Sequence record: FJ373894
Length of the DNA stretch: 64,000 nucleotides
Origin: Shigella phage Ag3
Direction: 5' to 3' (one strand)
Part shown: positions 54,684 through 63,626 of the stretch, piece by piece
How positions within the stretch are numbered: the stretch's first letter is position 1
Layout of the letters: every line of letters begins with the position of its first letter
The notes under the pieces: model-generated
The model's input: the letters and a program-made list of their open reading frames with translations, nothing else
Databases searched by the model: none
Told to the model about the DNA's origin: nothing
Program-made: the position numbers and the translations under genes

Positions 54684-54716
54684 AGCGATCCTCGGTTTGT
54701 GTTATAAGCAGGTTTT

Positions 54717-54722
54717 ATTATA
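54717..54722 (-). promoter_or_regulatory. -10 element (TATAAT) candidate for nrdA
   Basis: Exact TATAAT on minus strand about 34 nt upstream of the nrdA ATG; preceded by a GC-rich hairpin. Confidence 0.3.
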
Positions 54723-54768
54723 CGCCGCCCTCGTAGATTGAAGGCGGCGGGGAGTGTTGGTGAGTTAC

Positions 54769-55641
54769 TTAAATGTCGTACAGATCGTTGACTTCCAGCA
54801 TCAGGCGGGTGAAGTCCCCGCGCCCGTTGCGGTCGGTCTTGTTGAATTCGATGATGCTGAACGGCTGAACCCATTCAGGATATTCATCACCGACACCAAC
54901 ACCATCGATCTTCAGAGTTCCGGCCTCCAGCTTGGCGTTGAAGTCGCGGAAGGAACCGACGTACTTTTCCAGGGCGCTATCACGCAGGCGCTTGTTGGAC
55001 TGTTTGATGTCACCGTTGACAAAGATGTAGGTTGAATCAGATGCGCGAGTCAGCAGGTTCTTCAGCTGCTCCATATCGCATTCTTGGGCTTCTTCGATGA
55101 TCAGGAAGGTGTCGTCAAAGGTCATCCCCTTGATGGTCTCCAGATCCTGGATCTCGATGATCCGCTTCTCCCACAGGTAGTTGAAGAAACCGTCGCTGCC
55201 AGTATCGGTCTTCAGCACCTTCTTCAACGTCTGAATCAGGGGCATCAGGTATGGCATGAGCTTTTCGTATGTGTCACCAGGACGGAAGCCTGCTGTCTGG
55301 CCTGTTGGCAGCGGAGAGCGCGTGATGACGATCTTGCTGACAACTTTATCGATCAGTAGCTTGGCGGCGGCTGAGGCACCACAGTACGATTTACCTGTAC
55401 CAGCAGGACCGATCGCGATGGTGAGGTTTTCTTCAAGAGCAGATTGATATGCGAGGTTCTGATTCTCTGAGAGGCCATTGAACGGAGCGATTCTGAAGTC
55501 ACCTTTGGAGAACTTCATCCAGTCATCTTCTTTCTGAACAGTCTCTTTCTTACGTGCTGACTTGGTCTTGCCCGCTGGCTTCATACTTACAACTTTGGTG
55601 GCAGATTGCATGGGAACCTTCCTATATCTCAGGGGTGTCAT
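54769..55641 (-). CDS. phoH: PhoH-like ATPase
   Basis: Walker A GPAGTGKS, Walker B-like FLIIEEAQ; 290 aa. Confidence 0.8.
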   Translation of the reverse strand: MTPLRYRKVPMQSATKVVSMKPAGKTKSARKKETVQKEDDWMKFSKGDFRIAPFNGLSENQNLAYQSALEENLTIAIGPAGTGKSYCGASAAAKLLIDKVVSKIVITRSPLPTGQTAGFRPGDTYEKLMPYLMPLIQTLKKVLKTDTGSDGFFNYLWEKRIIEIQDLETIKGMTFDDTFLIIEEAQECDMEQLKNLLTRASDSTYIFVNGDIKQSNKRLRDSALEKYVGSFRDFNAKLEAGTLKIDGVGVGDEYPEWVQPFSIIEFNKTDRNGRGDFTRLMLEVNDLYDI

Positions 55642-55662
55642 CTAATACTAAAGGACAAACAT

Positions 55663-56355
55663 CTATTGATTTACAAAACCTAACCATCCCGCGTCTTCTT
55701 TTGGGTTCCAACCATCTTTGAATTTATTGACCATAGTCCTCAATGAATTGTTCGGAGAGACGAAACCGAAATATCTACCGAGTCTGCAATATCCTTCTTG
55801 TTTTAATTTCCATTTCTCATAGTATTTATCGGCATCTTTCCATATCTTTAACGTGGTGGCGTTGGAAGCTGGGCTTTCCCAAGGAGGAACGCCTTTCATT
55901 TTGGAGTACATGTCTTTCATTTTATCCGGATAAAGTTTATGCATATTCTTCATTCTTTCCGAAGATTCTTTCCTTATATTTGGATTCTCTGAATTCAAAC
56001 GCTTCATCCTTTCCGATCTCATTTTTCTTAATTCAGGATCTTCTTTGCACCTCAGTTTGTGGGCAATTGAGGACTTCCTGCGAAGCCAACCATGAGTTTT
56101 GTTGTTTCTTCCGTTGTGTGGGTTGTAACCACCCATCATGTTGGCGGCGAATATCAATTTCCTGTTGTCTGGGTGCATCTTTACGAGCAAGAGATGAGCA
56201 ACATAATGTTCTTCCGGCGTCAGGCGAACAAGGTTGTCGGGGTTGTCCGAACCACCCATGCATTTCGGCACAACATGATGCAATTCGGAATATCCTTCTA
56301 TGGTTCTTTGTTTGGCTTTGTTGATTAGTGACTGATAGATATTGGCGTAGTTCAT
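55663..56355 (-). CDS. HNH homing endonuclease
   Basis: HNH motif ELHHVVPKCMGGSDNPDNLVRLTPEEH; paralog of ORF 24599..25294. Confidence 0.75.
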   Translation of the reverse strand: MNYANIYQSLINKAKQRTIEGYSELHHVVPKCMGGSDNPDNLVRLTPEEHYVAHLLLVKMHPDNRKLIFAANMMGGYNPHNGRNNKTHGWLRRKSSIAHKLRCKEDPELRKMRSERMKRLNSENPNIRKESSERMKNMHKLYPDKMKDMYSKMKGVPPWESPASNATTLKIWKDADKYYEKWKLKQEGYCRLGRYFGFVSPNNSLRTMVNKFKDGWNPKEDAGWLGFVNQ

Positions 56356-56441
56356 AGAGCACCTCCATATGCTCTAATTAAGGCGATAACCCAGCATACC
56401 CGAGGGGTGGATAAAGAAAAAGGCCGTTTCCGGCCTTTGAG

Positions 56442-57254
56442 TTAACTGAAACTCTTGTATGCAGCAGCGAGCTTCGTGTCGTACTGGTTCTTGGCATACG
56501 CCGGACCATTATAGCGCCGCGCAAACTCAGCCCAGTTCTTGTCCTTCAGAGCCTGCCAGAGCTTGACGTCGGCCTTGATGAACTTCACGAATGCCATCAG
56601 ATGAGCACGTTCGCCTGTCAGGAAGTCATTGAACATCTCCTTGGCGTTGGCGTACCCACAGACCTGGCAGTTGAAGCCCATGATCTGGAAGAGGCCGTAT
56701 GAAGCGCTCTCGTACGCACAATCCTCATCGATGTTGATGGCTGCGTGAAGTCGATCCAACTCCGCGTCGCCGCCCGTGTACCCGCCTGCCACTGGACTGA
56801 CAAGGGTTGGATACATCTGACCAGCAGCATTCGCCCGAGCCTGCCCGAACTTCGCCATCATCTTCTTGTACATGATGTGACGCTCAAACAACGTCTTGAT
56901 CTTACCAGACTTGGTGAAGCCAGTGCCACGGGATTCAACCTGATTGACTGCCTTCACAGAGGCGAGGTCAACTCCCAGCTGGTTGGCTGCGTCGATAAGG
57001 TCAGCCTCAGTCAGGTGATCCTGATGAGAGTCTCCGGCGTTGCGAATAGCATAGGAGGTCTTTGGACCCACAATACCATCAATGACAAGCCCCGCACCCG
57101 CCTGAACAGTCTTGACAGCGTTCTCTGTTGCCTTACCAAAGATGCCGTCAGCGACGAGGGTGAAGCCGATTTTGTTGAGGCTCTGCTGAAGTGATTTGAC
57201 TTCAGAGCCGCGTGTGCCAAGTTTTAGAATGGCCATAAGAAAATACCTCCGCAA
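56442..57254 (-). CDS. endolysin (peptidoglycan-binding domain plus muramidase/transglycosylase-like domain)
   Basis: N-terminal PG_binding_1-like repeat (LKLGTRGSEVKSLQQSLNKIGF...DGIFGKATENAVKTVQ); C-terminal catalytic signature ESASYGLFQIMGFN; start 57254 or ATG 57236. Confidence 0.65.
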   Translation of the reverse strand: MRRYFLMAILKLGTRGSEVKSLQQSLNKIGFTLVADGIFGKATENAVKTVQAGAGLVIDGIVGPKTSYAIRNAGDSHQDHLTEADLIDAANQLGVDLASVKAVNQVESRGTGFTKSGKIKTLFERHIMYKKMMAKFGQARANAAGQMYPTLVSPVAGGYTGGDAELDRLHAAINIDEDCAYESASYGLFQIMGFNCQVCGYANAKEMFNDFLTGERAHLMAFVKFIKADVKLWQALKDKNWAEFARRYNGPAYAKNQYDTKLAAAYKSFS

Positions 57255-57305
57255 TGAATGCGAAGGTATTTAAAGTGAAAGTGAACTACTTGAGGAACTG
57301 CCGTG

Positions 57306-57605
57306 TCACATATTATCGTGGATTTCTTTCAACTGGGTAATGTAATCTTCGACAGCGGACTTTAAACCTTCATATGCCATTATTGCAGAAGCAACATAAC
57401 GACTGGTAATACTATCATCATATTCTTTAAAACCAGAAAACCAAGATCCCGTGGTTAGTAGATGCTGAACGTAAACATCTCCGCAAGAAAGGATAACTTG
57501 GGAGAAAGAACATGTGTCTATTACCCAGGGTTTTGAAGTATGTGAAGCCAGCAGTTGTGCTGTTTCTTCCGCAATCTTGGTCGCTTCTGAGCTGCTCAGT
57601 TTCAT
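57306..57605 (-). CDS. hypothetical protein
   Basis: 99 aa; no TM segment. Confidence 0.4.
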   Translation of the reverse strand: MKLSSSEATKIAEETAQLLASHTSKPWVIDTCSFSQVILSCGDVYVQHLLTTGSWFSGFKEYDDSITSRYVASAIMAYEGLKSAVEDYITQLKEIHDNM

Positions 57606-57790
57606 CTTGCTACCACCACTGGCATGACTTCGTTGAAGGACGTACGAACTTCAGTGTCGTACCCATATTTTTCCAGGACTGCTAACATCGCCTGCTCGAG
57701 TTCCTCTTGGAACTGAGGGAAGACTTTGTTCGGAATGCGGTCGGCAACCCAGAGAGCGCCTGAAGAGGCTTGGATGACAGCGCGGGACAT
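57602..57790 (-). CDS. hypothetical protein
   Basis: 62 aa; ATGA overlap with downstream gene. Confidence 0.35.
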   Translation of the reverse strand: MSRAVIQASSGALWVADRIPNKVFPQFQEELEQAMLAVLEKYGYDTEVRTSFNEVMPVVVAR

Positions 57791-57844
57791 AATGGTCTCC
57801 TACCAAAAATCTGAATAAGGAGGGGAGTTTCCTCCCCCTTTCGA

Positions 57845-58333
57845 TTAAGCCAGTTTACCCACCAGGGTCTGAACGTCTTTGGCGGTCAGTTTACCCATTT
57901 TGACGTACTGAGCTTTTGCTTCACCACCAGCCGCTTTCACGATGTCTTCGTTTGCGTAGCCTTTCTTAGGGAAGACCATCACAGAGAAGGAACCGTTGTT
58001 CAGTGGGTTCAGCTGGATGCGACCTTTACCGACTACGATGGTGCCGTAAGTTTCGGTGTTCGCTTCGACAACGTGGATGTCGCGGCCCAGGTCTTTCAGC
58101 ATGCCAACTTTGTCGGCAGTCTTAGCAACCACAGCTTTGTCAACCACAACCTGCTCTACCAGGGTGAAGCCGTTGGTCGCTTTCACTTTGCCGTTCAGCA
58201 GGTTCATGAAGGAAGTTTTGCCACCAGTGAAGCCAGCTGCCTGAGCGATGCGGAACATTTCAACTTTAGCAACTTCGGTGTTCAGTTCGAAAGAGATGGT
58301 GCCGTTGGTGATCAGAGTTTTGGTAGTAGCCAT
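57845..58333 (-). CDS. hypothetical protein (probably highly expressed)
   Basis: About 162 aa from ATG 58333 (GAGGAA upstream); Val/Lys/Ala/Gly/Thr-rich; preceded by terminator and AT-rich region. Confidence 0.45.
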   Translation of the reverse strand: MATTKTLITNGTISFELNTEVAKVEMFRIAQAAGFTGGKTSFMNLLNGKVKATNGFTLVEQVVVDKAVVAKTADKVGMLKDLGRDIHVVEANTETYGTIVVGKGRIQLNPLNNGSFSVMVFPKKGYANEDIVKAAGGEAKAQYVKMGKLTAKDVQTLVGKLA

Positions 58334-58469
58334 GATGTAATTCCTCATAATGTAGTTGGTTCGTTTCACTTTTCATTCGGCGGTGTGTTGCCGCCCTATG
58401 TGAACTATAATAGTGCATCATTATTGAAGAGTAAAGTCTTTTTCAATAAATTTTTAAAATAATTTTGAA

Positions 58470-58500
58470 GTATTTTAAAAGGCCTCATTCGACGAGGCCT
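58470..58500 (-). terminator. intrinsic terminator
   Basis: AGGCCTC-GTCGAAT-GAGGCCT on the minus strand followed by TTTTAAAATA. Confidence 0.5.
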
Positions 58501-58528
58501 GGAGGGAGGTGATGTGAAGTAAAAAGTT

Positions 58529-58735
58529 TTAGCTCGGGCGAACTCTTACAAACTCGCGAGCCAATTCGGCCTGCTCAGCACTGATAGGAACCCCATGGAA
58601 GTCCACCTGGCCATTCTTCCAGCCGTGGATGAAACTCGGGGACTCTTCCCCAGATAGGACATACCCCTCACGAGATTTCAAGTATCCCCGCACGATCTCC
58701 CCGTCGTCCAGTTTGTTCAGTTCTTCTAACGTCAT
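58529..58735 (-). CDS. hypothetical protein
   Basis: 68 aa; ATGA-coupled to the primase gene. Confidence 0.4.
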   Translation of the reverse strand: MTLEELNKLDDGEIVRGYLKSREGYVLSGEESPSFIHGWKNGQVDFHGVPISAEQAELAREFVRVRPS

Positions 58736-59790
58736 TTCACTTTCCTCAGTTCAGCGAATTGCAATGAAGCGGCCATACCCTGGTAGACGTTCTTGGCGAT
58801 CAGCTTCAGGAGGTCTTGTATCGGCATGTTGCCCTTTGATGGCATGACCATGTCGTTGATATCCTTCCACGGAACGTCAGGCGGGAACAGCACGACCTTG
58901 ACACCTTTATCTATCATCTTCTGAATACCATCACAGACCTGCGGGTTCCGGTACTGATTATCAGGGATATAGATGTCGCCCTTCACGCTCAACAAGTCGG
59001 CATCTGCCGACGCCATACAATTCGGCAGGAAGAGGCTATCAATCGGACCTTCCACCACCAGCTTGGTCTTGTGAATGTTCACCCGGTCTTCCCCATAGAC
59101 TTTGGTGTCCTCGTCCTTGGGCTTGACTGTCGCGTATCGCAGGGTCGCGTTCTTGTCGAATGCACGCCCCTGAACGACCTTCATCCGCCCGTCTTGCGTC
59201 CAGAATGGAATTACCAGGCGCTCGTCATCAGGGATCTTCAGTTGCTTTTCGGGGTCTGTTTCAAACAGCTTCAGGTCTTCACGAAAGCGCTGTGTGTAGT
59301 ACAGTAAGGACCAAGTGCTCTCCGGCAGCCCTCGCCACTGTACGTACTGTCGAGCCTTATGGTCAGGCGGTAGTAGATCAAGCCGGAGCATATTGCCGAG
59401 GAGGCTTTCGTCGCGTTTTGCCGCCACTGAACCGATACGGGCGGTCTGTGTCAGCTTTGGCAACGGCTTCAGGGAAGGAAGTGGTCTGCCCGACGTATCA
59501 CCCAGCAGGCGGAACTTCTCCATGTTGTACTCTGTTGAGAGGCGTTCGTCGAACTTCTTCAGCCAGAACTCAAATGACCAGCCATTCATCTGGTTGCAGT
59601 TGTGGCACTTGAACCGGAAGCAGTCATGATCCCGATCATAGAAGAAGTATCCACGGCGCTTGTTAGCAGACTTCGTGGAGTCACCACACAGGGGACAACG
59701 GAAGTTTGCGACAGTACCAACGCGCTCCCACTTGAACTTGTCAAGGCGGGGCGACACGTTGTTGATAAATTGCTCGTCAAGAAATTTCAT
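58732..59790 (-). CDS. DNA primase (T4 gp61-like)
   Basis: 352 aa from ATG 59790 (T4 gp61 about 342); zinc ribbon CPLCGDS...CHNC; TOPRIM-type EGPIDSLFL. Confidence 0.8.
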   Translation of the reverse strand: MKFLDEQFINNVSPRLDKFKWERVGTVANFRCPLCGDSTKSANKRRGYFFYDRDHDCFRFKCHNCNQMNGWSFEFWLKKFDERLSTEYNMEKFRLLGDTSGRPLPSLKPLPKLTQTARIGSVAAKRDESLLGNMLRLDLLPPDHKARQYVQWRGLPESTWSLLYYTQRFREDLKLFETDPEKQLKIPDDERLVIPFWTQDGRMKVVQGRAFDKNATLRYATVKPKDEDTKVYGEDRVNIHKTKLVVEGPIDSLFLPNCMASADADLLSVKGDIYIPDNQYRNPQVCDGIQKMIDKGVKVVLFPPDVPWKDINDMVMPSKGNMPIQDLLKLIAKNVYQGMAASLQFAELRKVK

Positions 59791-60401
59791 TAGATCTTCG
59801 GCCTCTGGAACACTTCGGTCACAGTATAGTCTACACCACGACTTTGAGCTATACACAGTTGACGCCAAGCCCCATACAGGATATTCTGCTCCCCGGCAGT
59901 GTTGCGCTCAAAGTGGGCGAAGCCGTCCAGGAGTTCCATGTAGCTGCGCATGTGTCGGGTAACAGTCCTTCCTCTCTTGATCTGTTCATCAAGATACTTC
60001 TGATAATGCTCTGGTGATGACAATGAAGAGTACTGCATGTCTGGCACATGAACTGGCATCAGGGACTTGCGGGGTGTGAAGTAGAACAACCCCCACTTTG
60101 GTGGCAGGTCTTCAACCCTGATCACATCCTGAGGGCAGACATAAAAGCGGTATGCGCCCATCCCTGTTGTGGGGTCCATCCGATGGGGCTTCTTCTTGTC
60201 AGTGAGAAAGTCGGCGCGGGACACCTTCACTTCCATCAGGACAGAGCACCCGCCTGAACGAAACCCGATGGCATCAGGTGATTCTTTGTTGTCAAACGAA
60301 TTTGGCTCGATGAAGACAGCGCCGCAGTTCATGCGACCGCGCAGGTAGTTGGCCGCGATCTCACATCCTTCGCGGTGTGATGGGATAAAGATTTTGCTCA
60401 T
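59790..60401 (-). CDS. putative PD-(D/E)xK nuclease-fold protein
   Basis: 203 aa from ATG 60401 (AAGGAAAGGA upstream); motif PDAIGF...SVLMEVKVSRADF (D...E-x-K); TAATG coupling to primase. Confidence 0.35.
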   Translation of the reverse strand: MSKIFIPSHREGCEIAANYLRGRMNCGAVFIEPNSFDNKESPDAIGFRSGGCSVLMEVKVSRADFLTDKKKPHRMDPTTGMGAYRFYVCPQDVIRVEDLPPKWGLFYFTPRKSLMPVHVPDMQYSSLSSPEHYQKYLDEQIKRGRTVTRHMRSYMELLDGFAHFERNTAGEQNILYGAWRQLCIAQSRGVDYTVTEVFQRPKI

Positions 60402-60432
60402 TGTCCTTTCCTTTCGGTGAATAATGAGCAAA

Positions 60433-60438
60433 ATTATA
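60433..60438 (-). promoter_or_regulatory. -10 element (TATAAT) candidate
   Basis: Exact TATAAT on minus strand about 32 nt upstream of ATG 60401. Confidence 0.3.
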
Positions 60439-60458
60439 TGCCTTTATTTTGTATTGAC

Positions 60459-60866
60459 TTACGACAGCTGCTTCAGTTTGTAGATCGTCTGATAGCACAG
60501 CGTCTTGATTTCATCAAGCGTGTTCTGAAGGTGGGAGTCGCACTGCCTGTAGATGCCATCGACGTCTATCACCACGCTGTTGACATAGGAGATAGGGTCT
60601 GGGTTGTACAATTTGATGTTCTCAAACGACGGAACGTACTGGCCACCCGCACCGATGTATGCTTCGGTAAACGTGTCCAGCAAGTCCTCCAGTTCCCCGT
60701 AGAACTCCCCGAGTGCTTTGTGCTTGGCATAGGACGTTGTAACGAAGTGTAAGGCATGAGAGTGGGCTATAGCAAGCAGTCCACGGTTGATGAAAATACT
60801 CGCGTTAACCATGATTTGTTTCCTCAGAAAAAGAAATCCCCCTGTATTTAGGGGGATTGTAATCAC
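60459..60866 (-). CDS. hypothetical protein
   Basis: 135 aa from GTG 60866 (GTGA overlap) or 117 aa from ATG 60812. Confidence 0.4.
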   Translation of the reverse strand: MITIPLNTGGFLFLRKQIMVNASIFINRGLLAIAHSHALHFVTTSYAKHKALGEFYGELEDLLDTFTEAYIGAGGQYVPSFENIKLYNPDPISYVNSVVIDVDGIYRQCDSHLQNTLDEIKTLCYQTIYKLKQLS

Positions 60867-61102
60867 GGCTTGACCAGAGTCATCTTGACGGTTTCACCCG
60901 TGTCGGTGTCTGTCAGGGTCATGACGTCTTGCGCATTCACAGACTTCACTTTCCCTTGTCGTTTGTCGCCGTTGCGGTTGTAGTAGTCGATCAGCTCGCC
61001 TTTAGTTGGGCGACCAACATCAGTGATGTCATACTGTCCACGCTTACCCAGAGCACGATGGTCAACTTTCGCCTCTGCCAGGAAGTCTTTAAACCCTTTC
61101 AT
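60863..61102 (-). CDS. small protein with capsid-targeting-sequence-like N-terminus (candidate internal head protein)
   Basis: 79 aa; N-terminus MKGFKDFLAEAK resembles T4 internal protein CTS (MKTYQEFIAEA, recalled) including an L-A-E potential prohead-protease site. Confidence 0.45.
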   Translation of the reverse strand: MKGFKDFLAEAKVDHRALGKRGQYDITDVGRPTKGELIDYYNRNGDKRQGKVKSVNAQDVMTLTDTDTGETVKMTLVKP

Positions 61103-61111
61103 ACAACCTCC

Positions 61112-61681
61112 TTAGACAGGCTTGACGCCGAGGAACTTGGCGATATCAGCAGCCAGGTTTTTACCCTTGCTGATGTCCTGTTCCTTGCCATTGCATGTGA
61201 CGATCACATACGGGTCGTCTTCGCCGCCGAAGTTCACGGTGATCGCCTTGCCGATGCCAGGGATGCCAGAGTATTCGAACTCAGTGCGACCACTTTTGCG
61301 GGACTTGCCAACACCCAGTGCTTTGCCGATCATCTTGTCCATGTTCGCCAGTTCCTGAGCATAGGCTTCGGTCACCTGACCTTTGTCAGCAGACTTGCCA
61401 AAGAAGAATTCGAAACCGTCATGGACAGCAACGACTTCCTGACCTTGGGAGATACCGTGAGTCTGGTCTGGGGTCAGCTTCACCTTGATGGTATTGCCGT
61501 TGGTTAACTCCAGGTTGTAGACATCCGCCTGATTGTCAGGGGTAATCTGGGTCACGGTAGCACCTGAGCACCACTGAGTGCCGTCAGCTTGCTTGGTGAT
61601 GGATACGCTTTTGCCCTGGACACCAGCATGGGTCTGAGGCTGAGCAGCTTGTTCTTTAAAGTATTGAAGGAACGGTTTCAT
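61112..61681 (-). CDS. protein with capsid-targeting-sequence-like N-terminus (candidate internal head protein)
   Basis: 189 aa; N-terminus MKPFLQYFKEQAAQ; size similar to T4 IPIII. Confidence 0.4.
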   Translation of the reverse strand: MKPFLQYFKEQAAQPQTHAGVQGKSVSITKQADGTQWCSGATVTQITPDNQADVYNLELTNGNTIKVKLTPDQTHGISQGQEVVAVHDGFEFFFGKSADKGQVTEAYAQELANMDKMIGKALGVGKSRKSGRTEFEYSGIPGIGKAITVNFGGEDDPYVIVTCNGKEQDISKGKNLAADIAKFLGVKPV

Positions 61682-61738
61682 CTTGAATCTCCTCGGGGAT
61701 TTCAGTTATTTATAAGCCCCCGAAGGGGCTTTAGATGA

Positions 61739-63595
61739 TCAGATTTTAATCTGCATGTTGCCGCCCAGGGACTGCTCATACTCACTGTATGCGCTCTCCC
61801 CGTCGTCTTTCGCCCACTGGTCAGACTGCTGGGCGCGAGCCAGAGTCATCAGGTTTGGTTCAGTCGGGTTGTAACCCTTGGATTTCGCATCCTGGTACAG
61901 AGTCTGCAGGTACTGGTTGGCGCGGTCAATCTGAGCTTTGAACTCGCGATATGCACCTTCAGTTGTATTGCGGCGGAAGGTGATATCCCAGTCCACGTTC
62001 AGAGTCTGACCATCACGGCTTGCATAGATCTGCCAATCCAGGTCGCGACCTTTTGGAGCGTTGTCGCGGATGGAACCAGCGTATGTTGCAAGGTCAACAC
62101 CAGTCTTCTTAGCAGTATCCGGTTCTTTATCCAGGCGTTCTGTTTCTTTGGACAGGATACCCAACATAAATTCATTGGTGCGGCGATCCGCCATGTCGTG
62201 CCCGCGCCAAAGGACTGAACCGTTGTTGTCAACAAAAATGTCGTCCAAAAATACTTGTTTCGGATTATGTGACGTGCTGTTCAGAGTTTGCATATTCCGA
62301 GATATCATTTCCATTTTAGAAGAAATTTCATCGATCACGGCCTGAACAATATCTTTCTTCAAAGGAAGTTCATATGTCTTCGGATTGTTCAACAGTCGCC
62401 CTTTCTGAGAGATCATCGGCGTGAACGCGACTTTTCCTTTGTCGTAGTAATAGGTCACATTCGTGGTCAATACAGCACCATCATACTTCCCAGTTTTCGG
62501 GAAATTGACACCAGACCAAGTGATGGACATACCGTTGACAGTCTCACCAAACACCATGGCGTTGCGCGGCATCTTCAGGGTTCCAGAGTTGACCAGATCA
62601 GCGCCCTGGGCATTCAGGTCGATAGAACCATAGATGGTCCCGCTACGATCTTTCAGCATCAGGGTCTTGTCGCCCTTCTCTGGGATGATTTCCAGCAGGT
62701 GCTTGCCGCGCAGAGGCTCTTTGTTGAGTTCCAACAGAGCAGTGTTCCCTGGTTTCACACGATTCAGGACAGCGTCGGTCACTTTCAGAGTCCAGTTTGC
62801 GGTCTCAACATAACCCCAACCCTGAGAATGGCGAATACCCTTGATAGGGTAAGGGGCGCTCATCGGCACTGCGCTAATTTCCCATTCGCCGCGATACTGA
62901 TGTTCGGCCACGTATGTGATCGTTTCCATGATTTCGTTTGCCACCCGACGAGCATCGCCAGAGATGACACCAGGCTGAGTTTCGATTTCAGAGAACACGT
63001 TGTAGGTCAGATTCTTGCCATCGACTGAATCGAAGCTGACGATGATCACCAGACCACCTTTAGTTTGATAACGCGCCTGTCCGATCTTCTTAATGCTTTC
63101 CCCTGGGAGATAGCTTGCTTTCTGGTCAATGTTGGTATCAATGATACCCAGAACACGAGCGATGAAACCGCTGTCACGCAATTGATCGATACTGGTTGCC
63201 CCGATTGTGGTGTTGGAGTCAGCTGGCGCGGACTTCTGCTGAGAACCTTTCCAAAATTTTGTGGACGCCGTGGTGAAATCATTCAGGATACTGATAGGGA
63301 CTTGCGGTAATTTCAACTGACGAGCAATGAAATCAGCACTTTGCCCACGCACAGATTTCTCATTCATGTATGCGCCAACATACACGCCTGGCTCATTGTA
63401 GTGGGGAGCGATATTTGCCGTGTTCATGCGGCCTCTCTCCTTACCAACCCATATCAACATGGGTTGATCCCCGTTTGAAGTTAATTTCCATCCGTTGGAA
63501 TCATCAACAGAAGATGAAGCCCCCACATCTGGGGTATTGTCCTGAACCGGAACGTCGCCGACCTTGTCCGGGTCATCCCATGTGATGCCCTGCAT
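61739..63595 (-). CDS. large hypothetical protein
   Basis: About 618 aa from ATG 63595 (or GTG 63658, 639 aa); no catalytic motif recognised. Confidence 0.45.
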   Translation of the reverse strand: MQGITWDDPDKVGDVPVQDNTPDVGASSSVDDSNGWKLTSNGDQPMLIWVGKERGRMNTANIAPHYNEPGVYVGAYMNEKSVRGQSADFIARQLKLPQVPISILNDFTTASTKFWKGSQQKSAPADSNTTIGATSIDQLRDSGFIARVLGIIDTNIDQKASYLPGESIKKIGQARYQTKGGLVIIVSFDSVDGKNLTYNVFSEIETQPGVISGDARRVANEIMETITYVAEHQYRGEWEISAVPMSAPYPIKGIRHSQGWGYVETANWTLKVTDAVLNRVKPGNTALLELNKEPLRGKHLLEIIPEKGDKTLMLKDRSGTIYGSIDLNAQGADLVNSGTLKMPRNAMVFGETVNGMSITWSGVNFPKTGKYDGAVLTTNVTYYYDKGKVAFTPMISQKGRLLNNPKTYELPLKKDIVQAVIDEISSKMEMISRNMQTLNSTSHNPKQVFLDDIFVDNNGSVLWRGHDMADRRTNEFMLGILSKETERLDKEPDTAKKTGVDLATYAGSIRDNAPKGRDLDWQIYASRDGQTLNVDWDITFRRNTTEGAYREFKAQIDRANQYLQTLYQDAKSKGYNPTEPNLMTLARAQQSDQWAKDDGESAYSEYEQSLGGNMQIKI

Positions 63596-63626
63596 CTTCG
63601 GACCGTCGAATACCTGAGCAGGATCT

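Noticed and set aside
62288-63028. Plus-strand ORF 62288..63028 (246 aa)
   Set aside because: Antisense within the large minus-strand ORF 61739..63595.
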